From Myxococcota bacterium (GTDB taxonomy: Bacteria > Myxococcota_A > UBA9042 > PHBI01 > JAWLBL01), in the NCBI GenBank assembly GCA_041687695.1, contig JAWLBL010000028.1, positions 1 to 64,000 of the forward strand: DNA of 64,000 nt, read 5' to 3'. Of the stretch, positions 36,792-52,525 are shown piece after piece (within the stretch, counting starts at the first letter, position 1; each line of letters starts with the position of its first letter). The translations under genes and the position numbers were made by a program. The notes below the pieces were generated by a model. That model was not told where the DNA came from, did not search any database, and worked only from the letters and a program-made list of their open reading frames with translations.

Positions 36792-37211
36792 GACTTCCTC
36801 TGAAAGGTCCGGTGAAGGGTCCGGGGTGCTTCGAGCGCAGCCGGTGTCGACCGCCGTCGGGCGCGCGGACGCGGCCGCGCGGGCCGCGCGCGAGGCGCTG
36901 GGGGCAGGCGAGGTCGGAGCCTCGCCGAGCCCCCAGGTGAAGTCAAGCGAGCGGTTGCAGGGGCTGCGCGTGTCTGTGGCCCTTCGCCGGGCGCCCCGAT
37001 GACGACCTGCCCCTTGCGTCGGCCGCCGGCGTGCCCACCTTGGCCTTCTCGCGGCGGACGCCGCGCAGGGGTCCTTCTCGGGCTGAGCCGCATGGCTGCT
37101 GGCTCTGACGGAGTTTTTCGAAACGAATGCGTGCGCTCCCTTGGCGGATGGCGCTGGCTTTGAGAGGATTCGTAATGACAGTAGCTCGTAGGAAGCACGG
37201 AGGCTCCCGCC

Positions 37212-37547
37212 ATGGCTGGTCCTGAACGGCCGCGGACCGGAGAGCCGCAAGATGGTCGCGAGACCGTCCTCGAGCGCAGGCCGAAGACGCAGCGTCCTAG
37301 GCTTTACAAAGTCCTCTTGCACAACGACGACTTCACCTCCATGGAGTTCGTCGTGTGGGTCCTTCAGAACGTCTTTCACAAGTCGGAGACGGAGGCCACC
37401 CACCTGATGCTAACCATCCACCACAAGGGCATCGGCGTCGCCGGGGTCTACACGCGCGACATCGCCGAGACGAAGGTCCAGGAGACCTTGGAGCTCGCCG
37501 AGGAACACGGCATGCCATTGCTGTGCACGACGGAGCCCGACGACTGA
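37212..37547 (+). CDS. clpS: ATP-dependent Clp protease adaptor ClpS
   Basis: [17 protein letters not shown] and [12 protein letters not shown]; directly upstream of clpA. Confidence 0.96.
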   Translation: MAGPERPRTGEPQDGRETVLERRPKTQRPRLYKVLLHNDDFTSMEFVVWVLQNVFHKSETEATHLMLTIHHKGIGVAGVYTRDIAETKVQETLELAEEHGMPLLCTTEPDD

Positions 37548-37577
37548 GCGCGCCCAGTTGCCATTGCGGGTGCTGAG

Positions 37578-39848
<2,271 letters not shown>

Positions 39849-39970
39849 CCGACCGGTCGAGGCCTGCACCGGCGAGGGCCCGCGGCGTTGCCGTGGGCCT
39901 TCGTCGCTTCACCGGCGAGGGCGTCGACGGGCCCGGGCCCGGGGCGGGTTCCCGCGACCCTCCTGGACCG

Positions 39971-40156
39971 CAGGGTGATCGAGTTCTAGTTCGGGCCACC
40001 GGACTGCACGAGCTCGCTCGTGCTCCGGCATGGCGCAGCTCGCTGCGCCCACGAGGCTACAGTCCCATGCCTCCCCGCGCAGCTAGCTGCGCGACCCACG
40101 AGCCCGAGCAAGCTCGGGCAGTCCAACACGCCCGTAGCTAGAACTCGATAGCCCTA
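39971..40156. mobile_element. 186-bp MITE-like element with 19-bp imperfect TIRs, 10-bp target-site duplication and four internal 18-bp palindromes
   Basis: Left end CAGGGTGATCGAGTTCTAG; right end reverse complement TAGGGCTATCGAGTTCTAG; exact direct repeat TCCTGGACCG at 39961-39970 and 40157-40166; palindromes at 40006-40023, 40032-40049, 40076-40093 and 40102-40119. Confidence 0.8.
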
Positions 40157-40259
40157 TCCTGGACCGGAGCGTCCCTTGCCCGAGGCGGCGCGGCTCTGGT
40201 ATGTGGCAGTCTCCCCGATGAGCCGCGCCGAGCGCTCGATGGGCTTGGAGATCCGACGC

Positions 40260-43200
40260 ATGCAGCACGACGCGGGGCCCTGGCGACCGGCACCTGGGAC
40301 GACCATCGACGGGCGGTACCGGCTCGAGCGCGAGCTGGGCCCCGGCCCGCTCGGCGTGACGTGGCTCGCGCACGACGAGCGGATGGGCGAGGCCGTCGCG
40401 ATCAAGGTGCTGCACCCGGCGCTCTTCGCCGCGCCGTTCAAGGAGGCGAACACGCTGCGGCTGCAGCGGGCGCGGGCCTACGTGCACGACCACGTCGTCC
40501 GGCTGAGGGATGTGGTCACTGGCACGTCCTCGGACGGGCGCAACTACGTCGTCACGGACCTCGTCGACGGCCTGGATCTGGCGACGTGGATCAAGCTGCA
40601 TGGAGCCGGGCTGACCACCTCGGACGTGCTGGGGTTGATGCGGCAGGTCGTCGCGGCCCTCGAGTGGATCCACCAGCTGGGTGTCCACGGCAACCTCAAG
40701 CCCAGCAACGTCTTCGTGGACGGCGCGGGGCGGGTCCGGATCTCCGACCCCTGGTACCTCGACGGACGACAGACCATCCCTACGTCGGATCTGGCGCCGC
40801 GCGGCGAGGGCTGGGCGGCGCCCGAGCAACGCGGCGAGACCTGGGCCGAGGGCAAGGAGGCCGATCCGCACGGCCTCGCGCTGCTGTTCGGCCTGTTGAT
40901 CGGTGGCCGCCGCCCGACCGGGGGCATCCCGCTCATCGCGCAGGGGCTGGGCGTCCCGCCGGCCGTCGATGACGTCTTCGAGCGCGCGACCGCGGCCGAC
41001 CGGACGAGACGCCACCGGGACATCCGCGCCTTCTGGGCGGCGCTCGAGGGTGCCTGCGCCGATCTGCGGCTGCCGCTGGACGCGACCGGCCTGGCGACGG
41101 CGGCCGGCCGCGAGACCCTGGTCGGGGTCGCCCCGCGCGTGCCGCGGCGCCCGCCCTCCGGCGACACCAGCGAGGTGGCCATGCCGCCCGGGCTCGTCTC
41201 GGACGGCGACCCCGACGTGACGATGCTCGAGCCGCCGGCGTCGTGGCCGACCGACGACGGTGAGGGCCACACGGCCTCGATGAGCCTGGCCGAGCTGGCC
41301 GAGTACGCCAAGGCGATGGGACGCGAGGTCGAGCTCGCCGCACCACCGCGCCCGGCGCCGCGCCTGGATCTGGTGCCCCCGGACGAGGAGGCCGACGAGC
41401 CCATCGCCTTCGGAGCGGGCGGCGCCCCGCCGCAGGAGGCCCCGCGCCCGGGTCCGTCCTCGCCGGCCGGCGCGCGCGCCGAGGGCGAGCTGGTCGGCGC
41501 GCGCATCCTGGACGCGTCCCAGGACCACGCGCTGTCCGCGGTCGAGCTCTCGGACGTGGTCGAGGTCTCCGAGGACTCGCTGCTCGAGGTGGCGCTGGAC
41601 CCGACGCTGACGACGGCGAGCGACGTCGTGCACGTCATCGAGTCGTCGATCGTCGAGGTGGGGGAGGGCGACGAGGTCGCCGCGATGGAGGCCATCGACG
41701 CCAGCGACGCGATCGAGGCCGTGGACGCCATCGAGGACGTCGAAGCCATCGACGCGACCGGCGCCATCGAGGCCAGCGAGGCGATCGAGGCCAGCGAGGC
41801 GATCGAGGCCTCGGGGCTGATCGAGGAGGAGGCGCCCGCAGCGCCGGCGGGTCCTCCGTCGCCGCCCCGGACACCGGCGGTTCCTCCGTCGCGGCCCGCG
41901 CCGGGCGCGCTCGAGCCGTCGATCCATCTCGACGACGTGTCGCTGCTCGAGGTGGGCGCCGAGCCCTCCAGCATCCAGCTCACGGACTTTTCACTGCTGG
42001 ACGTCACCGATGCCAGCGCCGGCGCGCAGGCGTCCTCGTCCGACAGCCGGCCCTTCGACACGGCGACGCTGCCGCGCCCGAGCCTGGCCGGCCTGAGGAC
42101 GGTCGACGGGCCCGGGCCGCGCGGCCCACGGACCGAGACCAGCCGCGACGTGTCGCTGCTGGTGTCCTCTCCGGCCACCGCCGGCGCCGCCGGGGCCAGG
42201 GTCCCGGTGATGCTGCGCCGGCGCCGCAACCCGATGGTGTTCGTGGCGATCGGCCTGGCCGTGGTCGCGCTGGTCGTGGCCGGCCTGGTCGTGGCGAAGA
42301 TCATGGGCGAGGAGTCGACGGACCCGGGGCCGACGGCGTCGGCGGGGCCGGCGCCGGTGAGCGCCGCCGTCGATCCTCCGGCGCCCGGCCCTGGCGCCCA
42401 GACGCCGGCCGCCGAAGCGGACGCGGGCCCTGGCAGCGCCCTGGTGGCGGCAGCGGCGCCGGACGCGGCGGCGACGCCCGAGGCGGCCGCCGACGCCGGG
42501 GCCGCAGCCCAGGGGACCGACGTGGCCAGCGCCGCCGAGGTGGCCGTGGCCGCTGCGGCCGAGGGCGCGGACGCCGGGGCGGCCGCCAGCGCGGACGCCG
42601 GGGCGGTCGCCAGCGCGGACGCGGGCGCCGTGGCTCAGGCCGGTGACGCGGGGGACAAGGAGGCCGGATCGGCCACGGTCGCGACCGTGCCCACCGAGGG
42701 GAGCGCCGCCGCGCAGGCGGGCGCCGCCGACGTGGCCGCGCAGGCCGCCGGTGCGAAGGCCGAGGCTGAGGGCCAGGACCAGGGCGGTGGGAAGCCCGAC
42801 GACGGCGAGGCCGTGGCGGGCGGCTCCGACGGCGGGGACGAAGATGACGGCGGCGAGGCCAAGGCCGAGGCGCCGCGCACCAAGGCGACCTTCGTGCCGA
42901 CGGATCCCGACGCGCTGAAGTGCCCGGCGGGCATGGCGCGCATCCGGCGCAAGACGACGGTCGTGCTGGACGACGGGGCCAAGGTGCAGGACTGGAACGT
43001 CTACTGCATCGAGCGGCACGAGTTCCCCGGCGCCGGGCGGCCGCCGCGGACCAACGTGGGCCTGGGCGAGGCCAAGGCGGCCTGCAAGGCGCGCGGGCGG
43101 CGGCTGTGCACGCGCAGCGAGTGGCGCGGGGCCTGCGGCGGCAAGTACCCGTACGGCAGCAAGTACGATCCCAAGGCGTGCAACATGGTCGCCGACAACG

Positions 43201-43427
43201 GGCTGCCCAAGCCGCTGGCGGCGTCCGGGTCGCTGAGCAAGTGCAAGAGCGGCTGGGGCGTGTACGACATGGTCGGCAACGCGGCGGAGTGGACGTCGGA
43301 CGGGTTCGTCAACGGCGGCAGCGCGTACAAGGACGGCGAGAGCGGCACCTGCGGGCGGTCGAGCCGACGGACGGGCGGCCACCCGTATGTCGGTTTCCGC
43401 TGTTGCGCGGACGCCGAGGCCGAGTAG
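40260..43427 (+). CDS. Membrane Ser/Thr kinase-like (probable pseudokinase) protein with acidic linker, one TM helix and C-terminal FGE-sulfatase (SUMF1)-like domain
   Basis: [29 protein letters not shown] and AAPE; RRRRN followed by a hydrophobic helix; C-terminal [33 protein letters not shown] and GFRCC. Start uncertain (40218, 40239 or 40260); 40260 has GGAG upstream. Confidence 0.82.
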   Translation: MQHDAGPWRPAPGTTIDGRYRLERELGPGPLGVTWLAHDERMGEAVAIKVLHPALFAAPFKEANTLRLQRARAYVHDHVVRLRDVVTGTSSDGRNYVVTDLVDGLDLATWIKLHGAGLTTSDVLGLMRQVVAALEWIHQLGVHGNLKPSNVFVDGAGRVRISDPWYLDGRQTIPTSDLAPRGEGWAAPEQRGETWAEGKEADPHGLALLFGLLIGGRRPTGGIPLIAQGLGVPPAVDDVFERATAADRTRRHRDIRAFWAALEGACADLRLPLDATGLATAAGRETLVGVAPRVPRRPPSGDTSEVAMPPGLVSDGDPDVTMLEPPASWPTDDGEGHTASMSLAELAEYAKAMGREVELAAPPRPAPRLDLVPPDEEADEPIAFGAGGAPPQEAPRPGPSSPAGARAEGELVGARILDASQDHALSAVELSDVVEVSEDSLLEVALDPTLTTASDVVHVIESSIVEVGEGDEVAAMEAIDASDAIEAVDAIEDVEAIDATGAIEASEAIEASEAIEASGLIEEEAPAAPAGPPSPPRTPAVPPSRPAPGALEPSIHLDDVSLLEVGAEPSSIQLTDFSLLDVTDASAGAQASSSDSRPFDTATLPRPSLAGLRTVDGPGPRGPRTETSRDVSLLVSSPATAGAAGARVPVMLRRRRNPMVFVAIGLAVVALVVAGLVVAKIMGEESTDPGPTASAGPAPVSAAVDPPAPGPGAQTPAAEADAGPGSALVAAAAPDAAATPEAAADAGAAAQGTDVASAAEVAVAAAAEGADAGAAASADAGAVASADAGAVAQAGDAGDKEAGSATVATVPTEGSAAAQAGAADVAAQAAGAKAEAEGQDQGGGKPDDGEAVAGGSDGGDEDDGGEAKAEAPRTKATFVPTDPDALKCPAGMARIRRKTTVVLDDGAKVQDWNVYCIERHEFPGAGRPPRTNVGLGEAKAACKARGRRLCTRSEWRGACGGKYPYGSKYDPKACNMVADNGLPKPLAASGSLSKCKSGWGVYDMVGNAAEWTSDGFVNGGSAYKDGESGTCGRSSRRTGGHPYVGFRCCADAEAE

Positions 43428-43472
43428 GCTCCCGCCCCGCATCCTCAAGACCGGCGGGGGGGGGGGGGAGTC

Positions 43473-44777
<1,305 letters not shown>

Positions 44778-44787
44778 CGGTTCGCCG

Positions 44788-45351
44788 TCAGGGGGCCAGG
44801 CGGCTGTCGCGGCGCACCCAGCCCACGACCTCCTCGTGGGGCAGCGGGTGCGCCACGGCCTCGCCGTACGAGCGCAGCACGCTCTCGAAGTCGCCGGCCA
44901 GGTCGCCGGCCCGCCCCGGCAGCCCCAGCGCCTCGGCCCCGACGATGCCCATCGGCGGCTCGTAGGGCACGTCCCAGGGCACCTCGAGGTCGGCGTCCTC
45001 GCCGTCCTTCCACTGAGGCTTGCCGGCCAGGAACAGCTTCATCACGGGGTTGGCCCCCATGAAGCGACGCCACGCCAGGAAGGGCTGCTCGGGCATGGCG
45101 CGGCTCACCAGGACGGCGACGGTGAAGATCGTCTGCAGATCCTCGGCCAGCAGCAGGGCCGCCTCGGCCTCGCGCGGGGCGGTCGCCACGAACCCGACCC
45201 ACTCGCCGGGCTCGGGGTGGTAGCCCCGCGGCGGCGGCGCGTCGCGGCGCGTGTATCCTTTGGCCCGCAGGGCCGCGTCGACGGCCTGGACGGCCCGCGG
45301 GACGTCGAAGCCGGGCAAGATGAGGGCGGCGGTGCTGGGGTGGCCGATCAT
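44788..45351 (-). CDS. Hypothetical protein (187 aa)
   Basis: Only the 3' part of the long ORF has protein-like composition and GC3 bias; it fills the gap between purB and the divergent membrane-protein gene. Confidence 0.6.
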   Translation of the reverse strand: MIGHPSTAALILPGFDVPRAVQAVDAALRAKGYTRRDAPPPRGYHPEPGEWVGFVATAPREAEAALLLAEDLQTIFTVAVLVSRAMPEQPFLAWRRFMGANPVMKLFLAGKPQWKDGEDADLEVPWDVPYEPPMGIVGAEALGLPGRAGDLAGDFESVLRSYGEAVAHPLPHEEVVGWVRRDSRLAP

Positions 45352-45402
45352 GAGCGAATGATGGTGGGGCCCGAGGTGGACTGCAAGCCCGCACCTCATG
45401 TA

Positions 45403-47226
45403 ATGAACCCGCCGGTGAGCACCCTGTCCCCCGCGCCCTCGCTGGACCCGACGCCCCCCTCCGCCGGACCCGACGCGGCCGCGCGCTGGACCGCGGCGGC
45501 TGCCAGGCTGCGGCGCGACGGGCCGTTCTGGCTCGCCTTCCTCGGCGCCACCGTGTTCAGCGTGGCGCCCTTGTGGACGGCCGCCGTCCCGCCGCTGGGC
45601 TCCTTCGCGACCGAGCTGCCCCCCGCGGCGCTCCTGGCGGCCGGCGACGGCTCGTCGCTCATGGCCACGCTCGAGCTCGAGGCCGGCGCCGCCGGACCCG
45701 TCACCGGCCTGTGGGCCGCGCTCGGCGGCGTGCTCGGCCTCATCACCGCCGGCAAGCTCCTGCTGACCCTGGCCGCCGTCGCCGTCCCCCTCGCGGCCGC
45801 CCGCTGGCTGGCCGTCGCAGGCCGCCCACGCTGGTTCGCCTTCCTGGCCTTCCCGCTCGCCTACAACGCCGAGCTGGTCGGCGGGCAGCTCTCCGACGCG
45901 CTGGCCATCCCGCTGGTCGTCCTCGCGCTGGCCGAGCTGGTCGCCGTCCACCGCCGCTGGTCGTGGGCGCGGCTGGCCGTCGTGTCTCCCCTCGCCGTCG
46001 CGGCCGGCTGGCTCTCTCCCTGGCTCTCGATGGCCCTGGTCGTCGGCGCCGCCGCCCTGGTCGCGACCCTGCCGGCGCGCCGCCTCGAGCTGCTCCGCCT
46101 GACCCTGGCCGCCGCCCTCGCCACCCTCGGCGTCCTCTCCGGGGGCCTGCTGGGCCCCGCCCTCGCCGTCACCGTCGCTCCGCCGGTCCCGGCCGCCCTC
46201 GACCTGTTCACCCGCCTGGGCGCCGAGACCATCGAGCACTGGACGGGCCTGTTCGACGACTGGAGCTTCGTCGTGCTGGTCGGCGCCATCGTCTCGGGGC
46301 TGTTCTGGCGCAGCGAGGCCGGCCGCGCGCGCCTCGGCCGCTCGCCCCTGGCCGTCGAGTGGACCACCGGCGCGCTGGCCATGGCCCTGGTCGCCAGCGC
46401 GCTGGGGCTCTGGCCCGCCGGCCGCGGCTCCGCCCTGGACGGCCTCGTCCCGTTGGTCCTGCTCGTCGGCCTGGGTTGGCTCGAGCTGCCCCCGGGACGC
46501 CTGGGGCGCCGCGGCGTCCCCGCCGCCATGGTCGGCCTGGCGCTGGTGTTCCCCTGGTCGGTCCGCGCCGCCGTAGACGCCTTCGAGGCCCACGAGCTGC
46601 CCCCCGCGCTGGTCCAGCTGGTCGACGGCCTGCCCACCGACGCGCGCCTGGCCGTCCTGGACGAGGCCGGCCGCGCCGAGGTCCTGCGCGGCGCCCCCCG
46701 CGAGCTGCTCCACGCCGTGCACATGGCCCTCAACGGCGGCCTGCCGTCCGGCGCGCCCGACGCAGGCGACTCGGACGGCGTCCGAGGCCGCGCCGAGGCG
46801 GCCGTCCCGGAGGTCACCGGCCCGGCCCACCGCTTCATGGCGACCCAGGCGGCCTGCTGGTACGGCTACCTGCTGCTCGGCACGCGCGACACCCCCAGCT
46901 GGGGACACCTCGCCTCGCGGGTGACCTACCTGGGGCACACCGGCCCCTGGTCGCTGTGGCGCCTCGAGCACGCGCGCATGCCCCACTGCCGGTCGCGCCC
47001 CGAGTGGCTGCCCCAGCTGCCCTCCGAGCCGACCGACCCCCGCGAGGCCCAGGCCGCGCCCGCCGAGCCCGCGTCGGCCGTCCAGGCCCCCCGGCCACGC
47101 CGGGCGCTCCCCAGCCGCCTCGGCTTGCGCGTCGGGCACGCCCGCGGCCGCGACCTCCACGATCGCTACGCGCCCCCAGAGGCCCCCGAGCGATCGGCGT
47201 TGCCCCCGCGCGGCGCGATCCCGTAG
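45403..47226 (+). CDS. Polytopic membrane protein, possibly a divergent GT-C-fold glycosyltransferase-like protein
   Basis: About 10 hydrophobic segments followed by a soluble C-terminal tail; start uncertain. Confidence 0.65.
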   Translation: MNPPVSTLSPAPSLDPTPPSAGPDAAARWTAAAARLRRDGPFWLAFLGATVFSVAPLWTAAVPPLGSFATELPPAALLAAGDGSSLMATLELEAGAAGPVTGLWAALGGVLGLITAGKLLLTLAAVAVPLAAARWLAVAGRPRWFAFLAFPLAYNAELVGGQLSDALAIPLVVLALAELVAVHRRWSWARLAVVSPLAVAAGWLSPWLSMALVVGAAALVATLPARRLELLRLTLAAALATLGVLSGGLLGPALAVTVAPPVPAALDLFTRLGAETIEHWTGLFDDWSFVVLVGAIVSGLFWRSEAGRARLGRSPLAVEWTTGALAMALVASALGLWPAGRGSALDGLVPLVLLVGLGWLELPPGRLGRRGVPAAMVGLALVFPWSVRAAVDAFEAHELPPALVQLVDGLPTDARLAVLDEAGRAEVLRGAPRELLHAVHMALNGGLPSGAPDAGDSDGVRGRAEAAVPEVTGPAHRFMATQAACWYGYLLLGTRDTPSWGHLASRVTYLGHTGPWSLWRLEHARMPHCRSRPEWLPQLPSEPTDPREAQAAPAEPASAVQAPRPRRALPSRLGLRVGHARGRDLHDRYAPPEAPERSALPPRGAIP

Positions 47227-47258
47227 GGTAGCCGCCTCCCGAGTTGGACGGAGGGACG

Positions 47259-48533
47259 ATGAGACGTCGAATGATGGCAGGCCTCCTCGTGGCCGCGGCC
47301 CTGGTAGGCGCGCCTGCGTGCGGCGACGGCAGCAGCCAGGGCGCCGTGGGCGACGCCGCCGTAGAGGGTGACGCCGCGAAGTCGGACGACGCCGCCGAGG
47401 GCGACGCCGCGACGCAGGACGACGCCACGGCGGCCGACACCGTCGAGGACACTCAGCTGGTGGGCGATCCGACCTGCGAGAGCCGCGACGACCTGGTGGT
47501 CCTGGTGGACGGCCTCAGCCTCAACCTGTTGGGCGGCGTCTCCGAGGCCATCGCCATCGACGTCCCCGCGGGCGCCGTGGCCGTGACGGCCGCCGTCATC
47601 GGTGACGAGGACGGCATGTACACCATCGAGAGCTGGAAGGCCGGCGCGGTGGACCTGGTGACGGCGGGCTGGATGTCCAGCGACAAGGGGACGCAGCTGG
47701 GCGTCTGCCTGGGCTGCAAGAACCGCGTCTCGCTCAGCGAGGCCGCGAGCGCCGCCATCGTGCCCAACAACCCCGACGCCTCGCTGCCCCCCGGCGAGCA
47801 CGTCCTGCGCGTCGCCGGCATGTCCTCGCAGGGCGCCCCCAAGAACGGCGCGGTCCAGGTGCAGGTCTACGCCAAGGTGCTGCCCAGCGCGCCGACCACG
47901 GGCCGGCTCGACCTCAACCTGCACTTCACCGGCGCCCGGGGTTGGACCGCGGCCACCGCCCAGGACGACCCGGAGTTCCTGGCCATCCTCGACGAGGTGC
48001 GCGGCATCTACGGGCAGGTCGGCGTCACCCTGGGCGACATCACCTGGCAGGACGTGGACGAGAAGTTCCGCGTCATCGAGACGCTGCAAGGGCCCGGCAG
48101 CGATCTGATGGAGATGTTCCGCGCCTCGTCGGCCAACGAGCTCAACGCCGCCAACCTGTTCTTCGTCGACGAGCTGACCAGCCCCTTCGGGGTGGTGCTG
48201 GGCGTCGCGGGCGGCGTCCCAGGCCCTCCGATGATGCAGGGCACCTCGCGCAGCGGCGTCGCCGTGGTCGTCAATTCCCCTCCGGGCATGGCCGACAGCG
48301 TGGCCACGACCATGGCGCACGAGCTGGGGCACTTCCTGGGCTTGTTCCACACCAGCGAGAACGAGCTCTTCGCGATCCTGACCGGCGGCCCCGTCCACGA
48401 CCCGCTGCCCGACACGCCCGAGAGCGACAACTCGTGGCTCATGCACAACCAGGGCGTCGGCCACAAGCTCAGTGAATGGCAGGGCCGGGTCATCCGTTCC
48501 AATCCCTGGGTCTGCCATCCGGAGGGGCTGTGA
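47259..48533 (+). CDS. Lipoprotein zinc metallopeptidase (metzincin, M43/pappalysin-like)
   Basis: Signal peptide ending APAC; HELGHFLGLFH (HExxHxxGxxH), D.LPDTP and Met-turn WLM. Confidence 0.82.
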   Translation: MRRRMMAGLLVAAALVGAPACGDGSSQGAVGDAAVEGDAAKSDDAAEGDAATQDDATAADTVEDTQLVGDPTCESRDDLVVLVDGLSLNLLGGVSEAIAIDVPAGAVAVTAAVIGDEDGMYTIESWKAGAVDLVTAGWMSSDKGTQLGVCLGCKNRVSLSEAASAAIVPNNPDASLPPGEHVLRVAGMSSQGAPKNGAVQVQVYAKVLPSAPTTGRLDLNLHFTGARGWTAATAQDDPEFLAILDEVRGIYGQVGVTLGDITWQDVDEKFRVIETLQGPGSDLMEMFRASSANELNAANLFFVDELTSPFGVVLGVAGGVPGPPMMQGTSRSGVAVVVNSPPGMADSVATTMAHELGHFLGLFHTSENELFAILTGGPVHDPLPDTPESDNSWLMHNQGVGHKLSEWQGRVIRSNPWVCHPEGL

Positions 48534-49144
48534 TGCTTCGCACGACCAAGCGCTTCGCCTTCCTGGGTCTGATGCTCACCGCCCTGGCGCTCGGCGCCTC
48601 GGCCACCGCGGCGCCGGCCGCCCCGCGCGACGCCGACGCCCGCTTCGAGGCCCTGCTAAAGGCCATCGACGTGCTGCCGACCCGCGCGCAGCTCGACGCC
48701 GGCTTCCCCGACGCCCGGGCGCGCCTGCTCGCGGCCGCCGCCCAGGACGGACGCGACGCCTGGACCCGCTCGCGCGCCATCGGCTTCCTCGGCCTGTACC
48801 CCGAGGCGCCGGTCCGCGCCGCCCTGGAGGGGCTGTCCGCGCACGCCGACCCCGAGGTGCGTCGCCAGGCGGTCTACACGCTGGCGCGCGCCTTCGGCGA
48901 CCCCGGCGACCCGGCCCTGGTCGCGCGTGTGCTCGGCCTGACGGACGACACCCGGCCCGCCGTCCGCGACCACGCCATCCGCGCCCTGCGCTGGGTGCGC
49001 CACGCCGCCGCCGACCAGGCCCTCGAGCGCCTGTCGCGCGAGCACGCCGACCCGGCCGCCCGCGCGTTGGCCGCCTCGACCCGACAGCGCCGCGCCGCGG
49101 TCCCGTCGACGTCGCCCAGGCCGTCCCCCGGGCGTTCCCATTGA
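48533..49144 (+). CDS. Secreted HEAT-repeat protein
   Basis: TGATG overlap with the peptidase gene; signal peptide; repeats TRSRAIGFLG, DPEVRRQAVYTLA and PAVRDHAIRALR. Confidence 0.75.
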   Translation: MLRTTKRFAFLGLMLTALALGASATAAPAAPRDADARFEALLKAIDVLPTRAQLDAGFPDARARLLAAAAQDGRDAWTRSRAIGFLGLYPEAPVRAALEGLSAHADPEVRRQAVYTLARAFGDPGDPALVARVLGLTDDTRPAVRDHAIRALRWVRHAAADQALERLSREHADPAARALAASTRQRRAAVPSTSPRPSPGRSH

Positions 49145-50196
49145 CCCGGGCGGGCGAGCAAGACCTCGACCCGGCCGCGCTGACCCTGGCCGAAGCCCTT
49201 CAGGCGGCCCCGCCGCGCCCGACCCTGGTCTGGGGTGGACCGCTGGCGCCGCTGGCGGACAGCGCCCCCGACTGGGGGCCGGCGCGCCTGTTCACGACGG
49301 ATCTTCTGGCCGCCCGCGCCGTGCAGGCCCCCGCCGAGCTGGGCGTCCTGCCGTCGCCGGGTGACGAGCCGCGCCTGGCCGCCCTGATGCCGCGCTCCAA
49401 GGAGGAGCTCGCCGTCATCCTGGACGTCGCGCGGGCCCGCCTGGGTCCGGGCGACCAGCTGTGGCTGGCCGGCCACCAGCGCGACGGCATCAAGTCGGCG
49501 GCCAAGCTGCTCGAGGCCGCCCTCGGGCCGGTCGACGTGGCCCACCTCAAGCGCCACTGCCGGGTCCTGGTCGCCACGCGAGGGGAGGGCGAGCGCGCCC
49601 CCGAGCCCACGCTGGACGCGCTCGAGGCCCGCTTCGAGGCCGACACGCCCTTCGGTCGCCTGACCTGCGTGACCCTGCCAGGCACCTTCGCCCACGGGCG
49701 CCTCGACGCCGGGACCGCGCGCCTGCTGCCGGTGTTGCGCGAGTTCGGCAAGGCCAAGCGCATCCTGGATCTCGGCGCCGGCTGCGGCGTCATCGGCGCC
49801 AGCTACCTCCTGCGCCGCCCGGACGCCCGCGTCGACCTGCTCGACGTCTCGGCGCCCGCCTGCGAGTCGGCGCGCCGCACCCTGGCCGCCAACGGCTTCA
49901 CCGCCGAGGTGGCCCCCAACGCCAAGGTGCACCTGGCCGCGCCCGAGGATCTCCCGGCGCAGCCCTTCTACGACCTGATCGTGACCAATCCGCCGTTCCA
50001 CCAGGGCCGCGACGAGGACCGCACCCTGTTCCAGGCGTTCGCCGCCGCTGCCGCCAAGCGCCTGGCCCGCGGCGGCGCCTTCGTGGCGGTCGCCAACCGG
50101 CACCTCGCCTACGGGCCCGTGCTCGAGGCCGCCTTCCGCAAGCACGACGTGCTCTTCGAGGACGGCTCCTACCGGGTCTGGCGCGCCCACCACTGA
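49141..50196 (+). CDS. rsmC: RsmC-like class I SAM-dependent methyltransferase
   Basis: MPRSKEE, GIKSAAKLL, RHCRVL, PGTFAHGRLDAGT, LDLGAGCGVIG and IVTNPPFHQG; TTG start overlapping the upstream stop (start uncertain). Confidence 0.8.
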   Translation: MTRAGEQDLDPAALTLAEALQAAPPRPTLVWGGPLAPLADSAPDWGPARLFTTDLLAARAVQAPAELGVLPSPGDEPRLAALMPRSKEELAVILDVARARLGPGDQLWLAGHQRDGIKSAAKLLEAALGPVDVAHLKRHCRVLVATRGEGERAPEPTLDALEARFEADTPFGRLTCVTLPGTFAHGRLDAGTARLLPVLREFGKAKRILDLGAGCGVIGASYLLRRPDARVDLLDVSAPACESARRTLAANGFTAEVAPNAKVHLAAPEDLPAQPFYDLIVTNPPFHQGRDEDRTLFQAFAAAAAKRLARGGAFVAVANRHLAYGPVLEAAFRKHDVLFEDGSYRVWRAHH

Positions 50197-50766
50197 CCCG
50201 CTGGCGCAGTCAGCGCCGACCCGCTGGTGCACCCGTCGACCCGCTGGCCTGGCGACCTCGGCGGGCCTACTCCTTTCGATGTCGGTCCGCGCACCCCGGG
50301 GAGGCGTCTTGCCGTGTCGACCTCGCAGGACCACGCGCCGCTCACGCGCGGCGGCCGCTTCGCGCTCTATGGGCTGATGGGCTGGGCGCTCGAGGTCGTC
50401 TTCACGGCCGCCGTCGACAGCTGCCAGCGCCGGGCCGACTCGCGCCTGCGCGGGCACTCATACGTCTGGATGCACCCGATCTACGGCGCGGGCGGCCTGC
50501 TCTGCGAGCAGCTCGGGCGGGCGCTCGCCCGACGTGGCGCCCCCTGGTGGCAGCGCGGGCTCGCCTACGCCGGCGCCTGCTTCGCGGTCGAGTACACCTC
50601 GGGCTGGGCGCTGCGGCGCGCCGTCGGCGCCTGCCCCTGGGACTACGGCGCCGCTCGCGCCAACGTGCACGGGCTCATCCGCCTGGACTACGCCCCGCTG
50701 TGGGCGGCCTGCGGGCTGGCGGCCGAGCCGCTGGCCCGCGTCATCGAGCGCGTGCGCTTGACCCCG

Positions 50767-52407
<1,641 letters not shown>

Positions 52408-52525
52408 CTGCTGGACTCCTCGCGAGGGCGGCTCGACTGGGCGCGACGCACGATACTCCCCGACTCGCGCCGATCAAGCCGCTTCCGTTGTTGTTCGCGC
52501 GCCCGCGGGTGACCATACTCTCCGC

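Noticed and set aside
36792..37211. 420-bp pckA-clpS divergent region as an ncRNA or riboswitch
   Set aside because: No recognisable RNA motif or strong structure; consistent with two divergent promoters.
42920..43427. FGE-sulfatase/C-type-lectin-fold domain as a diversity-generating retroelement target
   Set aside because: No reverse transcriptase and no template-repeat copy in the window.
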